The notes below the pieces were generated by a model. It did not search any database and was not told where the DNA came from. It was given only the letters and a program-made list of their open reading frames with translations. Position numbers and translations under genes: made by a program. DNA of 59,894 nucleotides, the filler included, from Sphacelaria rigidula (Eukaryota), in the NCBI GenBank assembly GCA_964200075.2. It is 3 parts of 3 records of this genome, joined end to end, with 100 filler letters (N's around TTAATTAATTAA, not from the genome) between each part and the next. Parts side by side here need not be neighbours in the genome. Positions count along the whole stretch, not along the records: positions 39,998 to 59,894 come from CAXNAA020000594.1; 2 more parts are not named here. One strand, written 5' to 3'. Below, piece after piece: positions 52,859-59,894 of this stretch (position 1 is the stretch's first letter; each line of letters starts with the position of its first letter).

Positions 52859-55800
52859 TGTAGACTCCTGCCACCATTGTTACCTTGGTCAGGTACATCG
52901 GAACAACGCTTAGTAGTCGTGTTTACAGCTCGCTAATGGATGGCGGGTCTACGGATCTGATCGATCGACTCTGTGTGTGTTTTATCTCCATGGTGTAAGG
53001 GGTTGGTTTCAATCTGCGGGAGAGAGGCTGGGATTCTGCTCTCCGATTTGAACAGCTAAGGGTTAGTGTAAAAAATGGCTAGACCTGTTCAAGTCCATGT
53101 GCCCATGATGAGAGGGGTCCACGTCGCTGTCTGGTCTTGACGGACAGAAGACTATAATAATTGTTTTTTAGGCCCGCTGAAGCAGCAGCTGGCACACGAA
53201 GACAGGGATCTCTGCAGGCCTGATTAGTTTGCAGCAAACAAGATCTGCGTGTATCTAGATCGGGTGGGGCTGGAGGATCAGAGCTAGGGAGGTTCTGAGG
53301 TCGCGCTAGGGCGGGCCGGGGTATTGCTCGTGCGCAAGGCGCAGGGGGGATCGACAGCTGGCGAGCCTGTAATAAGGGTGTAAAACACGCGGTACAATTA
53401 CCGCGTGCGGGGCTGATTCAATGTTGGCCAGCTGCGGTAAAGAAGACGAGTCTAAGGAGTTAAAGATGTGGTGACAACTCCGTGAGAGAGAGGCATTGTG
53501 GTGGTCGTTGCATGCAGTCACAGCGCGTCTTGGTGTTTGGGAAGAGTTGCTCTTCCTGCGATTGCGAGGCAACCTCGGTTTGAAACTAAAACGCTGTGTG
53601 GATTGCTGCATTATCAAGTGTTCATGATGTACGTATGTCATGGTGGCTCGGCGCTTGATAAGAAGAATGGAGGTAACAACACCTATTCGACAGTCCAGAT
53701 TGACGAGGTGTAGCAAGTTGTCCCAGTGGATGGTCATGTTGTCTGTGCGCCGCAACAATATCTTGTCATCGAGAGTCGGTGTCTGTTACGGTTTCTGGAT
53801 ATGCCATAATTTGATTACACATTCTCCACTGAGAAATCTGCCGAAATGCTTCGGCGATATGAGGACTATGTTCGTGAGATGCACGAAGCAAATGCGCGTG
53901 AGGCGAGGGTGGAACGCTATTGAGGAGTCAGCGGTTTCTGACCTCATGCCCAGACATATTGAGATATGTTTGTGTGCCACGTTCTTGAATCATGTTCATG
54001 ATGTTGGGCATGGCAAAATGCTCTTGGCGTTGCGCAAGCATGCGTTGTATGCGTCTTCGGGTGTGGTGCACGGTGCTCGAACCGCAGATAGAGGCGATCG
54101 GGGTGTTGATCGCCCCCGGAAGCCCAGGCCGCGCCCCCCTTTGAAAGAACGACGCGGGGCCGCTGCTGGTATTGCTGTTGGAGAGGGCGAACAAGTCGCA
54201 CGAGAGCGCAGGGGGAGGCAGTACAGCTGTCGCTGTTGCCGTCAAGGAGCGAGCTGGGCAGGAGATGGTGGCTGAAGTGAGTATGGGTGGTACTGCTGTT
54301 GTTACTGCCGTTGGTCTTGGAAGAGCGGAGTGTACCTGGGCCGATGAGCAAGCGCTGAGAAGTGAATGTCCCAGTTACTTCTTGCCACCGGAACAGCGTA
54401 TAGATGAAGATACAATTTCATGCTCGAAGCTGCAGGGGTGTGTTATCTGCGTAATGCGAGCGATTGTAGCGAACTTTGGACTCGCCATTCTCATACCGGA
54501 TCTCTGCATCAGTGATATGGCGGGAGATCGTTTAGATTATTCGTAGGGTTGTCTGCTGAAAGAAGAGGTGGATGCCGGGTTGGCGGAGTAGCCGCCGGAA
54601 CAGCGTGTAGCTTAGGACACGTCTTGCATGCTCGAAGCGAAAGGGGTGTGTTATTCGCGTAATGCGAGCGAGCAAGCGAGCTCGGGGCTCGTCATGCTCA
54701 CCGCGAATCTATCTGCGCCAGTGATACAGCGATTGATCGTTCAGATTATTTTTGTAGGGGTGTCTGAATAAAAGAAAATGTGGATACCGGGTTGACGGAA
54801 TTGTCGCGGGAGCGGCGTGTAGCTGAAGACACGCCGTGCATACTCGAAGCAACAAGATCATACCCCGTGAAGAAGGGATGAGGAGCGAGCTTCAGGCTTG
54901 TGATGCTATCAGCGATGGCGATTCCCACGGCGACGTCGGGCGGTGCGTTGTGTTGGGGTGATCGTGGGCATTGCTGTTTACATGGACAGCCTTGACGTGT
55001 TCTGGTGGTGTTGAGTGAGATGTCTCTATCGCCTTACGGTCAGGTGTTCGAGGAGGATGGTGAAACGCCATCGGGAGGTGTTGCTGCGCGCGACTGTGTG
55101 ACTGTTCCCGTTCCGCCTCTAGTACCCTCTGAAGAACCGACTGAATGACGTGTTCTGTAATGCGCAAGTATCAGCTTGGGTAGGTAATCTGTCGCAATGG
55201 TTTGACGATGTGGATTTACCGTTTGGTGGCAAGCTGAGCGTCACCATGGCGGTCCAAGCTGTAGCTGAACTGATGGTGCGCGAACCGAGTGTTCGAGTGA
55301 ACACGCTTCTCCATGGTGTGCACAAGATTGTGGTTCGAGTGCTGCTGTTTCTCACGAACAAATTGGACGACTTCGAGAAAGGTATTATCTGCGGTGGTTG
55401 ATGTGGTGAGCGCCGGGTTATTACTGTTGAGGAGCAAGGGCTGGTGTGATCGAGTGCATGTTGAGAATGAGGAACGCATCGTGACTGCTACCCCTGAATG
55501 GTTTTGTGGACAAGTGTAGGTGTGTGTTGGTGTGGTTTCTGGTCATGTTTGTGTTGCTATTTGCGCATGAAGCATGGCGGTTGAGCGAGTATGATCGGAT
55601 TGCCGACGCTGGAAAAATACTGGGGTACACGCGGATGTTTGACATCTGTTCGTTGTGCTGTTCTTCGCACGCATGATACATGGCGGTTCTTGCGGAGGAG
55701 GTGGCATTGTATGTGCTGAGTGATACAGTTGCATACGTGAGTGAATTTTTCGCTCGGATGTTATTAATGTGCTTGGTGTCTGGTGAAGAGCTATGGTGAG

Positions 55801-57175
55801 GCAGTTTTCAATATACTGCTGTGTGCTGGGCGAGGTGAAGCTCGTACATTCCCGATAGCAAAACCACTCGACGGCAGCACCTTGGTGCGGTTTGAACGTT
55901 TTGACTGTAGGAAATTTGAATTGCTGCTGTTACAGTGAAAATAAGCGAAAATTACGAAATTGGTAGGATCGCATGTGAGCAGGTATAACGCGAGTGTTTC
56001 TACTTATCGAAGATTAAAAGTTGATGCGCATAAGCATCGAATGTTTTCGACCGTAGCACGTATTTTTTCAATGGAGTGTCATCTGTTAGGACGAGTACGT
56101 GGATGGGTTTTCACTGCTGTCTGCAAGGAGCATGCGGATGGTGTGTCCGTTTGTTCGAAAAGAGCGGTGCGGGTGGGCTGAGGGAGTGTTGATACGTTCA
56201 TTCGTATCGTATCTCTACATTGCGATCGATACACGAAGGGTATTTGACGGTCCAGAGTCCAACTGGGATATATCTGAGAGCTCCCTCGCGTTCAAAAGTG
56301 GTATCACTATGGATGATGAGTGTTTTTATTTTCAACAACTGCGTCCGAACAACAATTGCTGCTTTCGTGAAAGGAATGGCCCCAAATGCCCCCCACCCCA
56401 CTATTGTAGGGTGGCTCAGGTGTTGAATTTACAAAAAATGCATTTTTTATGTTGGGAGGTACATTGTCTCGGATGAAAGAGGCGCTTAGTCACGAATACT
56501 TTGCAAGTTGACTTTCGCTAGCCTTGGAGGTTCTGCGCCGATGTGTAGCCAAGAGACTTGTTTTGGGCAAGGCATTGTGCATCTGGCGCTAGCTATTATA
56601 TCGCCTTGTCACTCGGCGTAGTACAAGTGGCGTGATTGCGTGTTCATGATGGACGATATTTTTGCATCTCTTGCAAGTCCGGAAATCGGATAGTATTGAA
56701 TGCAGCTGTTATCGATAACAGCGACAGGTATTGCTACTCTATGTAGAAAACGATGGCGTTGCCAGGCAACCAAGATGTCTGAGTTTGTCAAGCTCCATCT
56801 TGACTACTTGTCGGTTGTGGGTGAGCTTTGGAGGTGCTGTAGACTTCTGTCACCATTACTACTTTCGTCAGGTACATGATATAGGCGGAACAGCGTGTAG
56901 TAGGCATGGTTACAACTAGTTGATGGGACCAACGCGTAGTAGGCGTGTTTACAGCTCGTTGACGAATCCCGGGTCCGCGGGCTTGATCGGTCGACTATGA
57001 GAATATTTTATTTTCATGCCACATGAGATTGGTTTTCACTCCGCGGGAGAGGCTTGGGTCCTGCTTTTAGATATAATGAACAGCTAAGGGTCCATGAACG
57101 AATAGCGAGAGCTGCTCAAGTCTATGGACCATAATGGGAAGGATCCACATAACTTTCTGCTCTTGACAGAAGAGT
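52859..57175. mobile_element. Unclassified ~4.3-kb element bounded by ~300-bp diverged direct repeats (52859-53150; 56838-57175)
   Basis: Both repeats start TGTAGACT(C/T)CTG(C/T)CACCATT and share GTCAGGTACAT, GTGTTTACAGCTCG and GAACAGCTAAGGGT. The interior is degenerate and has no recognisable RT. Confidence 0.6.
54384..54915 (+). repeat. Diverged tandem repeat, ~207-bp unit x ~2.5
   Basis: Units start ~54384, ~54591 and ~54803 with (GCC)x(CC)GGAACAGCGT.TAG...CATGCTCGAAGC...GGGGTGTGTTAT; the third unit is partial and more diverged. Confidence 0.8.
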
Positions 57176-58359
57176 CTAGCCCCTCGTCAGGGATTTCACG
57201 AGAATATCGTTTCGCGGGTTAAAGCATTCTTGTCAAAGATGGATTGGAGCAACCACAACCATTTTGGTGAAGAATCACACATCAAACTATTCAGTCTAGC
57301 TTTGCATAATGTTCCAGCCTCTGGAAGTTATGGGCTTTGGACCCACAACATTTTGGAGCGCCCCAACCGAATCCGGTGTTTGCCGTGCGTGTTGTCCCAA
57401 CACTGCAAAATCGACCAGTCGTTCGCGTTTATGCTCTGTTTCTGTGACAATGATCTAGCGCTCGGTGAAGTATCGACTGGAAACGTCAGCCTTCGGGAAA
57501 TAACCCATGAAAAGCAGTAGAATATACATACGCTAATACTACCACTCCAATTTTTAAATTAGTTGTTGTCTCAGGCCATTTCAGATTCGGCATTGGATTT
57601 CCATGACAGAAAAGTGTTTCGTTTTTTTCAGAATATATTTTGCAGAACCAATCAGAGCTTTTCAAGAACCTGCCCGAGACGTGACCCCTTCCACCTACTT
57701 CAATCATTTTGTTAACATGCAGAAGTCCTACAGTATATATAGCAGTACAGAGTACCACACTGAACACAACACAGAAGTCCTACAGCGTTATTAGAACTTT
57801 TTAGAACCTGAACACGGAGTCTATACAGCATGCATCAGCTGCTTGCCGTCGAGAATAGATAACACCGTCATGTCATATTGTTGTTGTTGCACTGCTGTTG
57901 TACAAGACGCCACGCTGTAGATAGTTGTCTGTTGTCCGTTGTCTGCCGTACATGGTGTGTCCGCACAGCAGACCGCAGATAACGGTACTTGTACGATGAT
58001 GGTAATTTCACAAGTGTCCCTACTTGCGGGTATACAGCCGTGTATAGTACACGCATGCTCGATTGTATGGATGCTCTGACGACACGGTCTGTATACAGTA
58101 TGCATCGCATTTACATCTTTGTCAGACAGATGCCAAACAATTCCATTACCAGCAGTAGCCACGCGTGGGAGACACACTACACGTGCGCAGCTCCCACAGA
58201 GAGATGCGCACAGCTATATCTCCCAGAACTTCGCCGAGTAAGCAAGCATGGACCCATCGGTGGGTAGTACGTACCAGCGCTGTCCAGCACGGTGGCTATC
58301 ACTTGCAAGGTGCGTGGTTGTTGTCGCACGGTCGACATGCGGACCGCCTTCCCCACGAT

Positions 58360-58360
<1 letters not shown>

Positions 58361-58400
<40 letters not shown>
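58361..58400 (+). repeat. (CAG)n microsatellite
   Basis: Direct inspection; no splice-supported exon around it. Confidence 0.95.
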
Positions 58401-58401
<1 letters not shown>

Positions 58402-58715
58402 CGGCACCGGCTGAATCAGACCCACCCCCAGCCGCGTACATCTACAGACAGTAAATATGCTGCTGATACTGCTGCTATTGTTTTTTCTCCTTCTTGGGTG
58501 TCGATGCAAGGCACATGAGACGTGCCAATTGCAGCACATTTCTGGCTTATTGAACACCGTCTGTACAATAAATACATGCTTATCACGCTGGCCTTACCCT
58601 CAGTGCATCGCGGAACAATGCGGGTGAAACGTACTAGCGGCAATGCGTTCTTGTCCGCAACCCGACCGCTATTACTCGCAAGCACATGATTACGTGCTCC
58701 CATGCCTCCAGCCAA

Positions 58716-59112
58716 CATAGCTTATGTCCAAGTTGCTCAAGTCGCGTTTTTGACAAAAGCTATGTCCAAGTCCAGTCCGGTGCAGATGTATGTATTTTTT
58801 CGCCCTGTGTGTAGCAGGCGCGTTTCTCCTGCGCTACCAGGCCGTTTGCACCCCACGATGGCTTGAACTGTGACTACGGAATGTGTGAGTTTATTGCAGC
58901 TGCTGTGGTGCCGATGCAAGGGACATGGGACGAGCGCGGACAGGTATTCCAATCCCTGGAGGTGGACATAAGCTATGTCCAACTCGCGACTCGGACATAG
59001 CTGATGTCCACCTCCAGTCGGTTGGCGGTATTTTCTAGTACTGTGCAGCAGGCGCGTTTCTCGACCGCTACGAGGCCGTTTGCACCGTGCGATGGCTTGA
59101 ACGATGGCTACA
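58716..59112 (+). repeat. Diverged ~235-bp tandem duplication with internal GCTATGTCCA motifs
   Basis: AGCAGGCGCGTTTCTC..GCTAC.AGGCCGTTTGCACC..CGATGGCTTGAAC occurs at ~58813 and ~59047. Confidence 0.8.
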
Positions 59113-59894
59113 GGCCGATTATGCTCCTTTTTCATCATAACAAAGGAAAGAAAAGTGGAACCGCGATGTAAAGCAGAGCAATCTATTGAAATATTGAGCA
59201 TTAGTCAACCGCAACGAAGACACGAACCGTGAGGAACGCGGTCCACAGGCGTCGCAGTGAAATGTGCCGCTTTCCGAGAAACGCAAAACTGAACACCCGA
59301 GGGCTGCGCATACCAACGAAGCAGTTTCAGCGTGCTCAAATTCTTCGACCTCCACAACTAGAATCGTCTTCATCGAATGGCTGGCGCCCGGCTCATGAAC
59401 CCGCGTCCACCGCGCTTCCTCGATCCCCCATGCAAACTGCCTAAGCGCGGGCAACGCGCGCGCGAGGAAAATAGCGGTCGTGTCGCCAGAGAGGGAATAC
59501 GTCTGAGGTGAGCACGTGTCACTCGCTACTCGCTACGTTAATCGGACTTCATGCACCGGGCGCATCGTCGGGAGAACCGTAGCCGTCAAGGCCGGTGGAG
59601 ACGAAGAATCATGGATGAAGTTAACACACAGAACACACTCAACGTGAACACACACAAAAACACACACTAGACACTTCCTCGATACTGAACAGGTGGGGCA
59701 TATTTCTCGTCCTGGAAATACACACGGGTGACGTATCCCCTATTCACCATACGTCATCGTACGATGACGCACTATGGTGCCCCTATGACAAATATCCATA
59801 CGTCATACACCCCAACATAGTTATGCGTGGAGTGATGTTCGACAGGAATACGAAGGCAGGCCGACCCGCAAGGCGACTACAACATTGCATCTCT

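Noticed and set aside
58165..58557. PolyQ/polyA/polyL ORFs, and the polyV ORF at 45514-45735
   Set aside because: By-products of microsatellites; no splice or homology support.

Overview
Intron-rich, transposon-laden eukaryotic DNA. The gene structure, splice signals and repeat types look like a brown alga (Phaeophyceae; inference). The window is not contiguous: it is three pieces (1-19900, 20001-39897, 39998-59894) joined by identical 100-nt artificial spacers (44 N + TTAATTAATTAA + 44 N). I reconstructed four spliced genes by hand from phase-consistent GT-AG exons: (1) an ankyrin-repeat gene (+, ~1386-5022); (2) a minus-strand unknown protein with a perfect p97/Cdc48 VIM motif and two DUF4332/HhH-like repeats (~9379-14462); (3) a 16-exon, 782-codon internal portion of a REJ/PKD-like extracellular protein (+, 21583-36562); (4) a multi-exon member of an unknown-function family (+, 46017-52236). 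Most of the rest is transposon debris: two LINE families, a tRNA-derived SINE, an RT-deleted Gypsy fragment, a possible hAT relic, a long-TIR foldback element with a nested MITE, and a ~4.3-kb unclassified element bounded by direct repeats. No prokaryotic systems, CRISPR arrays or rRNA were seen. The best candidate for new biology is the putative p97-cofactor/HhH protein, and that functional assignment is inference.
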